Source: Octopus vulgaris (Eukaryota). From it: a stretch of 64,000 nucleotides of DNA. This document shows positions 1-15,039 of the stretch, one piece after another. The stretch spans positions 75,268,001-75,332,000 of the forward strand of contig OX597818.1 of the NCBI GenBank assembly GCA_951406725.2, given 5' to 3'. The notes under the pieces were generated by a model. It did not search any database. It was not told the DNA's origin and saw only the letters and a program-made list of their open reading frames with translations. The stretch's first letter is position 1. The number at the start of each line of letters is the position of its first letter. A program made the position numbers and the translations under genes.

Positions 1-394
1 AAACGGAATTATAGGATTACGAAATTAGGTATTTAAAAGTTGAAATTACAGTAAACGATTAAAAGAAAAGCTATTGATGATAAATAAAGTTTAGGAGAAT
101 AATGTGCGAACACACACACACAGTAGAAAGAGTAGGTAAAAATATAACATATATTCTTTAAACGGTTTTGGCATTAAAGCTGAGGTTATACTGGGGCACC
201 ACGTTATGTGTAAAATATATATATATATATATATATATATCCATAAAAATACATCTACATCTGAACGCGCGCACAAATACATACAGGAACATACGTATCA
301 TTAATGATAAAGTACATAGGCATATATGAAAACATATACATAAATACATTCATATTAGCATATATGAAGTATACACATGTAGCATAGACTCCGA

Positions 395-1402
395 TGTAAT
401 TTCTCTCTCCCTTTATTATATATACGTGCGTTCGAAAGTAACAGGGAACAGCTAGCCTTTGCCCGCTATTTGGATCCCGTTCTGTCCACTACTCTCATTG
501 ATTTGGTATTGGCGCAATCTGTCTCTTACTCGATTGCGCCAACGGCCGCGTATAATCAGTCAGTTGCTCAAAATACGATCATACGATCTGCTCCTTATAA
601 AAACTCACCTTTTCCTCCTTCCGACGTCTTTGGTTCCAGACCTTTTAAGGTCTAGCTACTGACAACAAAGACACAGCCAGTTCCAGCGACAACACCAGAA
701 AACTACCACCACAACAGCTCCGTTGAGACTCACCGACTTCACCCAACAGCATTACGGCAACCACCGTCTTCGTCGCCACCATCCTGTCTTTAATGTCAAC
801 ATCATCTCTCTTCATATACAGCTCAGCAAGTAATCCTCCCAGGTTCAAAGAGTTCACTGTTTGTGAATTACTTCACCACGGATCAACAACTAATATATTA
901 CCTGCATGAACTCCTGTACCAAGTGACCCAGACAGCAGCATCACAGCCACGACTTCACGTACGACATGTACATGTAACCGGCTCATGTACCATGTACCTG
1001 TAACCACGCCATGGCCGCGACTTCTTGATACAGTATTTCAACTACTGTGTACTATTGACTACGAACAGGTATCAGTTATCTTTCTTGTGTCTATGAACTT
1101 ACTTCTCACTTCAATGACTCTTTCACTGTCACCTTTATTGCCATCCTTATATGTTCTTAACACGCATACATCTATGCTTACACACACACACACATACATT
1201 TTGTCCTCATGACAGCCTGTCTATTATTCTGTATACATGACGCACACACAGACACATATTAATTTATTAATAAATGTTCCCTTAATCATTCTACGCGGTT
1301 GTTTTTTTCCATCTGGCATTTATGTGTTCTATCCAATTCCTCTTTATTGTATCGGCCGTGTGATGTGGTACTAAAGCGTCATGCTCGTCACCTCGCATCA
1401 CA
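395..1402. mobile_element. Possible solo-LTR-like relic
   Basis: GC-richer ~1 kb block starting TGTAAT and ending ATCACA (imperfect TG..CA inverted ends), with AATAAA near 1268; no clear TSD. Confidence 0.25.
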
Positions 1403-1782
1403 CGGTCCCTTATGCACACAAAATATGTATATGTACTCGTAGAAATAGACAAGTATGTTAAACATATATGCAAACAAGATAATGACGACTAGAGAAAAGC
1501 AATTTGTATACTGAGACAAAAAAGTAATTTAGGATTTTAATCATAAATGATTAAAATAATAAAATATAAATATTATAGATGAAATTGCTCTCTAAGAATG
1601 GTGGCTGTTGAAACGTTTACAGGTTTAATATATTAATTTTCTAAAAGTGATGATTTTATAAAAACCCAAAGTCCTAGCTATGATGTGAAAAACAAAGTGA
1701 ATATAAAACACAAAAATAAAATAACATAAAATGGGAAATATCTCCCACTACCAAAATGTGACCTTTTGAACTTATAATTTTC

Positions 1783-1860
<78 letters not shown>

Positions 1861-1873
1861 TGTGTGTCTGTGA

Positions 1874-2171
1874 AGGCGCAATGGCCCAGTGGTTAGGGCA
1901 GCGGACTCGCGGTCGTAGGATCGCGGTTTCGATTCCCAGACTGGGCGTTGTGAGTGTTTATTGAGCGAAAACACCTAAAGCTCCACAAGGCTCCGGCAGG
2001 AGTGGTGGCGATCCCTGCTATACTCTTTCGCCACAACTTTCTCTCACTCTTTCTTCTGTTGGCCTGCTCGCTTAGCCAGCGGGGTGACGTCATTTGAAGG
2101 CTAAAACAATGCGAAGCGCATTGTGACCAGTGATGTGTAGCAACATTTGATAGCCTGGTCGGTCACGGTGA
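1874..2171 (+). mobile_element. tRNA-derived SINE (family S3), full length
   Basis: A box TGGCCCAGTGG, B box GGTTTCGATTCC; near-identical reverse-complement copy at 52109-52312; flanked by (TG)n and (TA)n. Confidence 0.85.
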
Positions 2172-2477
2172 TATATATATATATAGATACAATACCAATA
2201 TTCCTCTGAACTTTTTAATAATTCTATCTGTAAACTGTTTTTAGCATTTTCTTATTATTATCAAATAATGTATATATGTATTGTAATCTTTTGTGCCCAA
2301 TATTTTAATGAACTTGTTAAATTGTTTTATATTTTCCCAAGATTTTCCCTTTTAAACTGTTTTTAACATGTTATTATTATCAAAGAATGTATAGATGTAT
2401 TGTAATATTTTGTGACAACCAGTACCTAACGCAACAAAGCTTTTACATGTTACTTTTGACAATCTTTTTCTAAAAAA

Positions 2478-2581
2478 GTGAAACCGGTCAAGTAAATAAC
2501 ATCTTTTAAAATTGCATTTTCAAACCTTAGTGAAACCGGTCAAGTAAACAAACATCTTTTAAAATTGCATTTTCAAACCTT
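2478..2581 (+). repeat. ~52-bp tandem duplication
   Basis: GTGAAACCGGTCAAGTAAA..CATCTTTTAAAATTGCATTTTCAAACCTT occurs twice; a looser duplication lies at ~2232-2295 and ~2355-2414. Confidence 0.8.
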
Positions 2582-2582
2582 C

Positions 2583-2658
<76 letters not shown>

Positions 2659-2940
2659 GAGGGCATTATTACACATAAATGCCGCACGCTAGGAGGGACT
2701 CTTAAAGTCATAACTACCAAATATAAACAAATCGTCATGATATATCTTGGATTCACTTCACTGAAGAGCAAGGGACGCGGATAATTGCGTTAATTGCGAA
2801 ATCACAGGTGATATGGAGCTAAATTCTGTTTTTAAATGACTCGCTTCGAGAATTGCATTCGGTACGATTTGTTTATATTTGGTAGTTATGACTTTAAGAG
2901 TCCCTCCTAGCATGCGGCATTTATGTGTAATAATGCCCTC
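2659..2940. mobile_element. MITE with 77-bp terminal inverted repeats
   Basis: 2659-2735 is the reverse complement of 2864-2940 with 1 mismatch; TA-rich flanks; no ORF. Confidence 0.85.
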
Positions 2941-3069
2941 TATACGATATAAATAAATATTTTCAAAGAAAAAAATTTACAGTTTTTTTTCTCTTATGAG
3001 GTTTTTCACGCTAACTACTTGATAATTTCTTGTTAAGATTTCTTAAGATTTTATCCTATTTTTTAAATT

Positions 3070-3134
<65 letters not shown>

Positions 3135-3135
<1 letters not shown>

Positions 3136-3170
3136 CGTAGGAGTGGCTGTGTGGTAAGCAGCTCGCTTAC
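3135..3170 (+). mobile_element. 5' head of SINE family S1, interrupted
   Basis: GTGGCTGTGTGGTAAGCAGCTCGCTTAC matches the head of intact S1 copies (e.g. reverse complement of 16505-16535); similarity stops abruptly. Confidence 0.75.
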
Positions 3171-4978
3171 TTCCGCACATGCGCATTGGTGTTTTGCTTC
3201 AACACTTGAACAAGGAGGACATAAGCTAGTGTGCTCCGTCCTAAAACTGAAAATTAAAAAGTCCTTTCGAGGTAGGTGATCTTGTTTGTTTTGAGCTGGG
3301 CGTGATTTATTATCTGGGAATTTTTTTCAGAAATTTCGCCCATCTCTGAGACAATTTCGCCTGCTCTCGGCGGCTATTGTAATTTTTGCTTGTTGAAAAA
3401 ATGTTGGGGGCGTATCCCCGCCCAAAAATTGAAGTTTGTTCCAGTCATTGAAAATTTTTGTGGCCCATTGTGGCGAAGATTCGTCTTCTGTGGATTTAAG
3501 ATTCCAGCTCGGAGTACCAGCCAAAGAAGAGGGCCAGGAGTACCTGTGGCTGGAATTGTGTAGTTGCCATTTGGAACCATATTTTTATTTCTTCCGTGTT
3601 TTTCCTTCTGTTTTTTGAACTGTCCTTTTTGTTTTCTTGTCTTATTTTTTACTAGTTATTTTTCGTTCGGAGATTTGAACTTTCTTCCTCATGGCGATAA
3701 AGAATGGTGCCGCTGCCTTGGACTGGGAGATTTTCCCACCCAAGCAGTGGTTAAAAGATATGGAGGAGAGGACGGTGGTGGTTAGAACTTATTCTAAAGT
3801 TCTTGATTCCATCACCGTCTTCCCAAAACCAGTTATAGAAAATGAACTAAAAGACTATTTGTCCTCTGTGAAATACATATTCCGTGGTGTCAAACATGCA
3901 ACTGTATGGTTGCTGTTTGACAACCGGGAAAAGACTCGCAAATTTGTGAGTCAGCCTTTAGGGGGCAACGAAATTCTGTTCCTCTCGTCGTACTGCGGGA
4001 GGAAATTAATAAGAGCCTGGGTTTGTGGGTTACTCCCAGGCACCGAGGTGGGTTGGATTGAAGATACCATCCGACGGGGACTGGGGGATAGCGGGCCCAG
4101 GCTCTTAAATGTAAGGGTATTGCCGGCGGTTGATTGGGAAGGGTCAAAAGCGATTTTGACCCTGTGGACCCCATCGGCCGCAACAGATCTGGTTTTTTCC
4201 TGATTTTTTTTAAATGGCTGGCTGCAGGTATCCGATGATACTTGAGGGACGTCCCCTCAAGTGTCACTCATGCCTGCAGCCAGGCCACATTAAAAAGAAC
4301 TGCCCCCAGGACCATGATAAGGTCCTGGAACAGTCACTGGATGTCACCTCCCCTACCCGGTCAAAGGGAGAGGTAGATGTGGTTGAGGATGCTGAAGCCT
4401 CCTCAACTCAAAAAGGATTAAAAAGGAAGAAGGATCCTAAGGCTTCGGAGGGTGGGGGAGTTCCACTCTCCCGAAGTCAGGAAGAAAAGAAAAAAGAAAG
4501 AAGAACGGGTCATCGCAGGGGGGAGATGATGTGCCGTCTGCATATCCCGAATTTGTGCCACACACGGTGGAAAAAACGACCCCCACCCTTAAAGATGGTG
4601 AATTAATTATCTTTTTCTACAAGGGCGGAGAGGTGGAAAAAATAGTAAAAGAACACAAAGACAGTAGATATGCCCTTCACACGGGATCCCGAATGGCCTC
4701 CGCAGATAGCTGTGGGAGTAATAAGGTTTCCCTTGTGGGTAAGGCTTAAAGGATTTGGAGAGGAGTGTCGCATATGGCCGTGTGGCCCTTACACGACTTA
4801 CATGTCCTACATGAGTGAGGCATGGGAAATGGCGGGATATAGGAACTTAAGCGGCATTGAAGATAATGATGAATATATCGATGGATATATCGATGAGCAG
4901 GAGGTGATATAACCTCGTTAGAGGGTTTGAAACTTCATCTTATTGTATTATTTATAGTGGTTTATAACCTCAATTGTG
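3171..4978 (+). mobile_element. Tx1/L1-type ORF1-bearing element A (3' terminus not visible)
   Basis: 5'UTR and ORF homologous to element B (24993-27110); ends in (TA)n. Confidence 0.75.
3691..4912 (+). pseudogene. Frameshifted Gag-like ORF1 with CCHC zinc knuckle
   Basis: ORFs 3691-4203, 4214-4606, 4531-4749 and 4670-4912 join; ILEGRPLKCHSCLQPGHIKKNC knuckle, K/E-rich linker, extra C-terminal domain. Confidence 0.85.
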
Positions 4979-5320
<342 letters not shown>

Positions 5321-5767
5321 ATAATAACGATAATCCTCGGATGGAATTTTTATAAATATCTTAATGCATCGGTACGCGCGTTTTCACAAATCACGTCTCG
5401 TAAGATTATAGTCCGTATTCCTGGTACGATTGCAGTGTAGTCCATAGTATCCGTGGGCATTGGGCAGATCATCTTCATAAATTCATTTCTGCAAGCTATA
5501 TAGCATTAATGGACGTTTAACTGAGGGTTGTTTATCACTTTTGACCAGTGAGGAGGTTGAATGAGGTATGTGAGTATTTCCATCCAGTGATTATCGTTGT
5601 TAGTACTATATTTATCCTACAATATATCGGTATAGCTCGGTGTAACCCCCCAAAACTGGTTCACCAATCACCATCATTAGACTGTAGCCGGCATAATGGA
5701 ATAGAAGCTTTAATTGCATATTCAAAACGTTTCCCCGTAAACAGTTTTAAAAGATATATATATATAA

Positions 5768-5941
<174 letters not shown>

Positions 5942-6524
5942 CATTTGGTCTGCGAACGGGCAGGGAACAAAATAGTCAATAGATGTAGTTGAGAGTTTTG
6001 GTGCTGTGCATTTGAAGTCCTCAAGCGTAAACAATCGGTTGCAAAGCCACTATCCAGCAAATTGTAAGTAACGCGTAATATAACTAAAAGGACTCTTCAT
6101 GCACCGAAAAGATCTATGAAATTTCGCTCAACCTGTTAAAAATAAAAGACAAAATGTTCCCAATGTAGGACATAGACCTGAAAAAAGATTAAGGGAGAGT
6201 CATGTCTGATCGCATCACTGAATACAGATATCTTTTTGATCATGGAAATCCTGGATTTTATCAATAGCAACAGCAACAATTTCTATGTATTTTTATATAC
6301 AATTTCAGTTTGTCATTCTATGTTGCTTATATTTTGATCAGCACCAACAGGAACAATACTGAAAATAGTCCTTATGTAATCAATAGGTTAAATCAAAATG
6401 TTCAGTTGACTTGTAGTCAATCGAATAATTCAACTTCAATCAGATTCGTTTGTTTTTTTATATTACAGATAAATAGGTAAATAGGTAGATAGAGAGAGAG
6501 GGGGAGAGGGGGAGAGGCGGAGGT

Positions 6525-6596
<72 letters not shown>

Positions 6597-6655
6597 GTAG
6601 AGTGAGAAATAAATTTGTATTTTAAATCGATATAAGGTATAACAAATAAATACCA

Positions 6656-6702
<47 letters not shown>

Positions 6703-6743
6703 ACGTATCCCTTTTATACTCTCTCTCTACTTACACACACACG

Positions 6744-6839
<96 letters not shown>

Positions 6840-7746
6840 TTATACATATATATATAGATATTTACGTATAAAATTGTTTTAAAATGAATAATGTATATAG
6901 GTCACTTGGAATTTCAAGAAAGTGATGTCGCTTCCAAGGTGATTTCAATTGATTTATATTTTCCTTCCAAAGAAATAATAAAGTCCATATTGTTTTAAAT
7001 GCATAGAAACTTCAAAAGAATGTTTGACATTTGAGAGAAATAGAGAGGAAGTGAGAGAGAACGAGAGAGAATGAGGAAGAATTAGACGTGTGTCTGTGTG
7101 TTTGTGTGCGTGCATGCGTGCGTGCGTGTGTGTATACATGCAATTTGAAAGTCAAGACTAATGATCGATATAGTATTAATACTGACAAAGTAGTGATTTT
7201 ATATTCCATGGTACGTGATATTCATCGATGTGTGATCAGAGATGTTGACTTCAGATGAATGGGATTAAGGTTTTTTTTTAAGTTCCTTCGTGTCGTTTGT
7301 TATGTGCAGAAAAGAAATAAAATCAATGTAGTGACTATGGAACCAGGAATAAGATATTCATTATTTACTCTTCCCTGACCAAATTCTGATTTGAATTAGA
7401 AACTCAGGTCATGTTCTTTGCGGGGTTCGTAATGAAAATCTAGTAGGGGTAAGAGGTTGTGTTCTAAAACACAAATTACCCAATATTTAATGTTTTGCGT
7501 GTCCATGTATTTATTTATTTCAAAAAGGTGTATTTTGCATATGTAAAATGAATTAATTGTATCAGAAAATAAAAATATACGTATTGTGTATGAGATGTTT
7601 AAAGCTTTAGACTGCGTAAAATAGAAATAATGTTTTAGTAAATATTGTTAAGATAGATAGATAGAGAGAGTGAGAGAGAGGGGCGGGTAAGAGATAGATA
7701 GATACATTTATATTTTAAATACGGTTATATTGCATATAACAAATAT

Positions 7747-7782
<36 letters not shown>

Positions 7783-7802
7783 TATTAGAAATATTCTTTT
7801 AA

Positions 7803-8000
7803 TCCTTTACTTGATTCAATCACTTGACTGCGGCCATGCTGGAGCACTGCCTTATAAGGTTTTTAGTTGAAGAAGTTGAAACGAAGACTTATTCTTTGTA
7901 AGCCTAGTACTTACTCTATCGACATTTTTTGCCGAACCGCTAGATATGGAGACGTAAACTCACCAACATCGGTTGTCAGGCGATGGTGATGGGACGTACA
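7803..8000 (-). mobile_element. SINE S1, 3' half
   Basis: TTGACTGCGGCCATGCTGGAGCAC..GCCGAACCGCTA matches 16140-16330. Confidence 0.8.
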
Positions 8001-8036
8001 CACACATAAAGACTACATGCATAAATACACACACAC

Positions 8037-8094
<58 letters not shown>

Positions 8095-8105
<11 letters not shown>

Positions 8106-8480
8106 TGAGAATGTGTGTCTGTCTGTCTGGGTGTTTCCTTAAAACTTGAGAACTACATCACCAATTTCATTCAAATTTTACACATGCCTTACTTAGGGTC
8201 CGTGGAGTGTAATCGGCAAATAAAATGTTCAACTTCTTACTAGGGCGAGCCCATAGCAATATCATATATTCTTCACTATTTCAGTATTACGTGTTAAAAG
8301 TGAAACAAAAACATTTCTCTATTTTATGTCAGATACTTTCACTTTAACAATAAAAATTAGAGATATAATAACAATTGAATTATATGTAGTAAGTAATAAT
8401 TAAAATCAAACTAAAGTATAATATAATAATTAAATCGTCACATAACAATTAAAAGTAAAAATAGCAATTGGTATAAAATT
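8095..8480 (+). mobile_element. Non-autonomous Helitron-like 5' segment
   Basis: TATATAAAACTGAGAATGTGTGTCTGTCTG..CCAATTTCATTCAAATTTTACACA layout typical of invertebrate Helitron 5' ends; similar to reverse complement of 42620-42720. Confidence 0.5.
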
Positions 8481-8555
8481 GCATCAATGACTTGAACTTG
8501 AATAAGTGGTTTCACATGACTGGGAATAAATTAAAAATAAAATTAGTGTGCAGAA

Positions 8556-8995
8556 ATGGACGAAAACAAAGACGCTGAATCTAGGATAACACCACCAAAC
8601 GAAATAAAAAATTAAATTAAAGAAAGGGCTATTGTCTATAAAGTATACAATGTAGAGAAAAAAAAGATTTGAACACCTGGAGGAAAACACAATCGAAAAT
8701 TGTCTTGGTGCGACTATGAAAGATATCAAGTATCTAACCAGAGGCGGTAAATTCGCCACAATAGAAGCAAGGTTCCAGTCAACGGACTGTGCAAGGGAGT
8801 ACTCGACTCGAACCTTGAAAAGTGGAAATATTTTATTTTTACCTTTATATCTGGGACGTAGGACGTCCCGGATAAAAATTTAAAATTTCCCCCCAGAAGT
8901 AGAGGTAGGCTGGATTAGAGCCACACTTCTATACAGGAGGGAGGACACGATACAATTGATCGAAATTGCAAGAGACGGGCCTACATTTCCAGTCT
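8556..8995 (+). pseudogene. N-terminal fragment of the Gag-like ORF1 family (copy E)
   Basis: Manual translation AIVYKVYNVEKKRFEHLEENTIENCL..KYLTRGGKFATIEARF..LFLPLYLGRRTSRIKI*NFPPEVEVGWI aligns with 55386 ORF (YYNRGRKFATVVVHF..LPSYCGKRAVRIRI). Confidence 0.8.
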
Positions 8996-9163
8996 GTTAT
9001 ATATTATGAGTATTGTTATCACTAGCGATATCAAGATATAACTTTGTATTTTGTATTTTATGTGTAGATGTATATATATAGATGTATATATAATATGTAC
9101 ACATATACATACACATATATACATGCACTAGCACTATGACTTGGCAACGCCGGGTCATAATGT

Positions 9164-9222
<59 letters not shown>

Positions 9223-11380
9223 GTAATCAACTGAATAAGTGTATAGATATGTATATGTGTCTGTGTGTATACATGTATAGATGTAGATAGGTATGTAGAT
9301 GGATAGGTATGATCATGTATGTATACAGTGTCAGATGAAACTTAGTATCACTGATAACATGTAACCCAGTACATGTCGCATGGTCAGGCTGTTGGCGTCA
9401 AAATCGACAACCCTACCATCCATGCTTTTTAAGGAAGGTTGTTTTCGTTGGACACCCTGCAGGACGAAAAACCAAAACCAGTCGAAGTATGGATAAACTC
9501 AGTAGAGTCTACGACCATCCAACAGCTGGGAATGTGAGATTCCTAGTCTTTGTTTAGACATCTCTCAAGAAGGAAATTTCGAAATAACACGTGTCTCATT
9601 GTGAAACCGGAGATCTTACTTCTGCTTCTTTTCTGTACTACTTGGCTTTGTAGGTGACAGCCTTAGCAGTGCTGTACAAGCTGTTATTGACTTTATATAT
9701 TTGTACGGGTATTGCTGACAGCTATTGTCTTTAACATCTAGGATAAGATAACTTGTCAACGATGGTCAAACTCATCTACGAGCAGACAGCTATCATGTAT
9801 GGTAGATAGATAGTTAGGTAGGTAGGTAGGTAGGTAGGTAGGTAGGTAGGTAGGTAGGTACGAGTGTGCATGATATATATGTATGTATGCATGCATGTGT
9901 GTACGTACGTATGTATGTATGTATGTATGTATGTATGTATGTATGTATGTATGTATGTATGTATGTCAGTACAAGGTTGATTACCTTTTGCCGAACATGA
10001 TATACAAAGTATGTTATGCAAAACAAGTAGAAGAAAGTGAGAACAACTTCCATGGAACTGAACGACAGAGTTCCATGTAGCGACTGAAGTGATATGATTC
10101 TGTGTTGAAACTCAACACTCCAGCTTTTTGTAACTTTGAGCAAATCTTAAACCTTCAGAAAGAGAATTCGGTGGGAATTCCTACAATTTTTCTTTTATGC
10201 TAACCGTCTTACTAGTTACATGTCAGCCGATATTGTTTAGTCGAAAAACGTACACGAAGGCGTTCGTACCTTTTTTTTTCTTTTTTTTTTTTTTTGCAAT
10301 ATAGTTAAGTTCACGGAGGTGGTTGTAGTATTTAATTGGACCGTGATTCTAAATTAGAAATGTAAGAGAGATGGTTCGATGATTTAAACTAGAAATTTAG
10401 GTCTTACTTCTCCCTAGTCGAAATAATGACTTCTTATATTGGTACAAATTAACATATTTATGATTGACTTTGTGATGTAATATACAAAATAGACTGTTTG
10501 TTGATAAATGTGGAACACCTTTGATCAAAGCTGACCACGGACCAAATATCAACAATAACAAGGTAAATATCAGATGTACCGAGGATACAGGGCCATGCTG
10601 GTTACAAAACGAAGCACATTTACTTCCTTTGATATGCCAGATATACCAAATGTACATTTTAGTCCTCATGGTGGTGGTGGTGGTGATGGTGGTGGTGGTA
10701 TCGGCGGCAGTAGTTTTCTTATTGTAATTGATGTTGTTAGTTTTCAAATCTTTATTTGTTGTGAAACGCCTCATTATTTTAGTGAGAGTCAGTTTCGGTG
10801 TTCGCCTCTCGACGTTTCTAAGTTAAAGTAATTAGCTAATAGGTTATTAAGCATAAATCTATAGAAAGCCGGCTTTATAAAATGTGTTATTAATTCCCGT
10901 AGCATTCTGATGAAATGGCTATGCTATCAATAAGACCATTTTATTCACTTTCTTTTCATTATTGTGTAATGAAAACGAGACATTTTACGCTTCTCTGGGC
11001 GAATTGAAACTGTAATATTTGAGAAGTAAGTTGATTGAAGATAGAGAATATTTGAGAAAACGAAATGATTGCAGATAATCGTCTTGGAGATAGAGGCCAT
11101 GTCACTACATGGAATTCCATCTTAATATATATCTCATAATCGTAATTAATGATTCCTTCTTCACGGAATATGTGATTATCAACTTTATATTGAAAGAAAA
11201 TAGCGAATGAACAAAACAATATATAAAAATATGAATAGATATTTTGTGTCAGCATATTTGAGAGGCAAAACAATGTTTTCTACAACATACCACAATAACC
11301 GTATACAATGTTTCATCAGTTGTGCGTTCAAATATGATCAATCAACAGATATTTGGTAGTTTTGAGAGTAGATAAAAAAC

Positions 11381-11418
<38 letters not shown>

Positions 11419-11420
<2 letters not shown>

Positions 11421-12332
11421 GGGTGTCCATAAAGTCTCTTTACAATTTAAAAAAATTATTACAAAAGCAGTTGATGAGATATTTTAATCAGATTTGTTTT
11501 ATTTTAATAATTGTTTATTAAAGTTTTTTATTGATATTACGTTTTTGTGTTTCAGATACTCTGTTGATGGAAGAGAACTGATTCACTGAACACCTATAAA
11601 ATGAGGATGAAGCATTCCTCAAGCGAGTTTGTTTTAGTGACAAGGCGACTTTCATATTTCAGGGAAATTAAACAGACACAATTTGAGAATCTGGGGATCA
11701 GAACACCCCCATGTGACTAGGAAGCTTCAACTGTATAGTCCGAAAGTGAATGTGTGGTGTGGAATCATGTACAATCGAATAATTGGTCTATTTTTTTCAA
11801 CGAGGCAACAATTACTGCAGAATGTTTTCCTCGGCCTTCTGACCGAATATGTGGCCCCACAACTGATTGATTTACAACCAACCATCATTTTCAGCAAGAT
11901 GGTGCACCACCACATTGGAGACGATATGTTCGTCGGTTCCTCAATCAAATATTTCCAGACCGATAGATTGGAAGGGATGGGCCAATTCCATGGCCACCGC
12001 GTTCGCCAGATATCACTCCCTTGGACTTTTTTTTATGGGGTTATGTAAAAGATATCATGTATCAAACAAAGATACGGGACATTACTAACTTGAAGCAAAG
12101 GATTCGTAATGCCATTACCACCGTTGATGAGGCTATCCTACAGCGAACATGGCAAGAAATCGAGTACCGTCTTGATGTGCTTCGCGCAACTAATGGTGTC
12201 CATATTGAGGTCTATTAAATAACAGTTAAAACATTTTCATAATCACTTATTACAATAAAACAAATCTGGTTAAGATATCTTATCAACTATAATAAAATTT
12301 TTAAATTGTAAAGAGACTTTATGGACACCCTG
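11419..12332 (+). mobile_element. Internally deleted Tc1/mariner transposon, DD41D spacing
   Basis: TIRs CAGGGTGTCCATAAAGTCTCTTTACAATTTAAAA at both ends, TA TSD; relic DGAPPHW..WPPRSPDITPLDFFLWGYVK with 41 residues between 2nd and 3rd D; stops and frameshifts. Confidence 0.92.
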
Positions 12333-12427
<95 letters not shown>

Positions 12428-13044
12428 TGTGAAGCTTTACATAGCTTCGTACGGTTATCGACTGCTATTTCCAGCAAAAATTGGTACCTTGTTGTGCCAC
12501 CATTTCCTATTTATAATTCTACCTTTACGGTGTTTTATTTCGCAGGAAAATAATAGTATTATATTGTAATAATATTCATATTTTTTGCTATATAAAACTT
12601 TTTCACTGAACTCGGTTCCGTTTATGGCTGGGGCTACTGGCCGAGTATATAGGCATTGATGTAACGGATATTCTAAATTTAGACTTCCGGTAGACCTAGC
12701 GGACGGTAATTTAGCGGATAACCGTAGTTTAATTTATATAGACGAGAAGAAAATGGATGAAAAATAACAAACAGAAGTGTATCTTTTGCGCTAGTAAGCC
12801 ATTATTTAATTAGTAAATAAAGGTGAGTATGAAGTTGATTACGATCATGTCTGTTTACCATAGTGAGGAAAATATATATTTATATTTTTGCCTCATTGCC
12901 AATGTTAGACATCGTCAGAACGAAGAAGTCAGAGGTAGAGAGAAGAAGAGTGAAAGATCAATGGTTACATCGGGAAAAATAAATCAAAGATTCGAGTGTA
13001 TTTCATTATAGTCCATTGTGAGGTGGATGAAGAATATAAGTTAG

Positions 13045-13333
13045 TTGGAGCGGTTCTTTCAGTTATGGCACCCTCTTCATACACAGCACAAATGTTTAGA
13101 GCAGCTTCTGCAGCCTTAGAACCTTGATTAAAAGCGAAAAGAAGGAGGTGTCGAAAATGCTCGTGTTTCTTAACTTGACATTCCATTTTAATGATCTGAA
13201 AATAAACAAAAATTAACTAAAATTAACTAGAAACAAAAAACAAAATAGATTCCAAAATGATTCAAAAATAGAATTCTCAAAAAAATAGATTCCAAAATTT
13301 AAAAACACGGCGGGAACTTAGTTGCCAACCCAA
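13045..13333 (-). mobile_element. mariner 5' fragment
   Basis: TA+TTGGGTTGGCAACTAAGT terminus; MECQ..HFRHLLLFAFNQGSKAAEAALNICAVYEEGAITERT is a mariner HTH start. Confidence 0.85.
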
Positions 13334-13345
13334 TACATACATACA

Positions 13346-13636
13346 TTAATCCCCATTAGACTCATCCAACTCTTTCCGAATCTTCTGCACTGTCCTCAGA
13401 TTGACACCCAAGAACTCTGAAATGTTCGTATTGGAGCTTCCGGTGCGAAATCCAAGCAGTACAGCATGTCGTTTCCAAATTTCTGGTCGAGTGAACTGCG
13501 TCATGGTACTGATTTTCTCACAGACGGTACCCATCTAACCCAACTATACTATGTAGTCGACAAAAATCAAAAACAAACAATGCGCATGCAAGAAATTAAG
13601 AATATAAAATGGCGACAATTTACCCATCGCAACCTG
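13346..13636 (-). mobile_element. Tc1/mariner-like 5' fragment
   Basis: TA+CAGGTTGCGATGGG terminus; KRHAVLLGFRTGSSNTNISEFLGVNLRTVQKIRKEL is HTH-like. Confidence 0.7.
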
Positions 13637-13637
13637 T

Positions 13638-13730
<93 letters not shown>

Positions 13731-13769
13731 CCAATATATACTCATATGTATATATACACAGGCACCTTT

Positions 13770-13982
13770 TTATTTTAACTTGCTTCAGTCATTTGACTGC
13801 GGCCATGCTGGGTTACCACATTGAAGGGTTATAGTCGAAGATATTGACCCCCAGAACTTTTATTTTGAAGCTTAGCACGTATTCTACTAGTCACTTTTGC
13901 CAAACCGCTAACTTACAGGAACGTAAGCACACCAAAAAGAGGTGGCGTGGGGACAAACACAAATAGAATCACAAATACACAC

Positions 13983-14039
<57 letters not shown>

Positions 14040-14218
14040 TACATACATACATACATATACGTCGGACTTCTTTCAGTTTCCGTCTACCAAATTCACTCAC
14101 AAAGCTTTGGTCGGCCCACGGATATAGCAGAAGATACTTGCCGAAGTTGACATGCAGTGGGACTGAACTTAGAATCATGTGGTTGGGGAATAAGCTTCTT
14201 ACCATAGATTCTCGCCTA
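13770..14218 (-). mobile_element. SINE S1, near full length, diverged
   Basis: Colinear with 16140-16535 including internal (TA)n. Confidence 0.85.
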
Positions 14219-15039
14219 TAAAGATATATTAATGAACCGTATTTACAAATATGAATTGGTAAAGAAACGCTTCGGTCAAATCTATGTTAATTATAGAAAA
14301 CTAAATCACATAAAAATTATAAATAAATAAAGAATAATAATATGTTAACGTGACAAGATCCTTCTCGCATTTTCGTGCGTAAATGTTCTGACGCAAATCC
14401 ATTTGTTAATAGATATGGTAAGAATGTGAATAGCTGAATCGATAATGTGCCGGAAAAAAAAACATTCTACAGGCCATCTCTCTGCGTCAATCCCATGCAC
14501 TTCCTTGTCTTTCTGTCCTAGACACATAAGCATGAAAAGATCCGAACTAGTTAACGCTAAATGCGTACGAAATCTTAGCAAGAAACTGAAGCAGTCATAG
14601 CTACATTCAAAATCTCTCAAATGATTCTTTCATTCTCAGTATGGAGGTCAACTATTGATTTTAGTGCAGCTTGAAGAAGTATTCACCTAAAATAGTAGCC
14701 AAATCTCTTTAAGAGCACAGTCCATTGTCTTAAAAGGGAAGAACAAATTAAATAGTATTTTCCCGGGTACATTAAGGTTGAATAAAACAGATGGTTCTGT
14801 CTGGAATGTATTTCATTATAGAGCTTCTCTATCACAGATGTGTCTAATTAAATTCTGACGGCTCAATGAGTAATGTGTTTTATCAGGACTAAGAGTTTTC
14901 GGATGTGTATCTGAATTCTGCTTAAGCGGCAGTCTATATTACTTCATATAGTTAGAATAGTAGTATTTCTTCTTGCGCGTACGCACACACACACACAAAT
15001 AAATATAAACATATAATCTCTTATATAAAATCCGTTCTG

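Noticed and set aside
14345-14620. 91-aa ORF in repeat-poor sequence (also 10397-10831)
   Set aside because: No recognisable domain or convincing splice structure.
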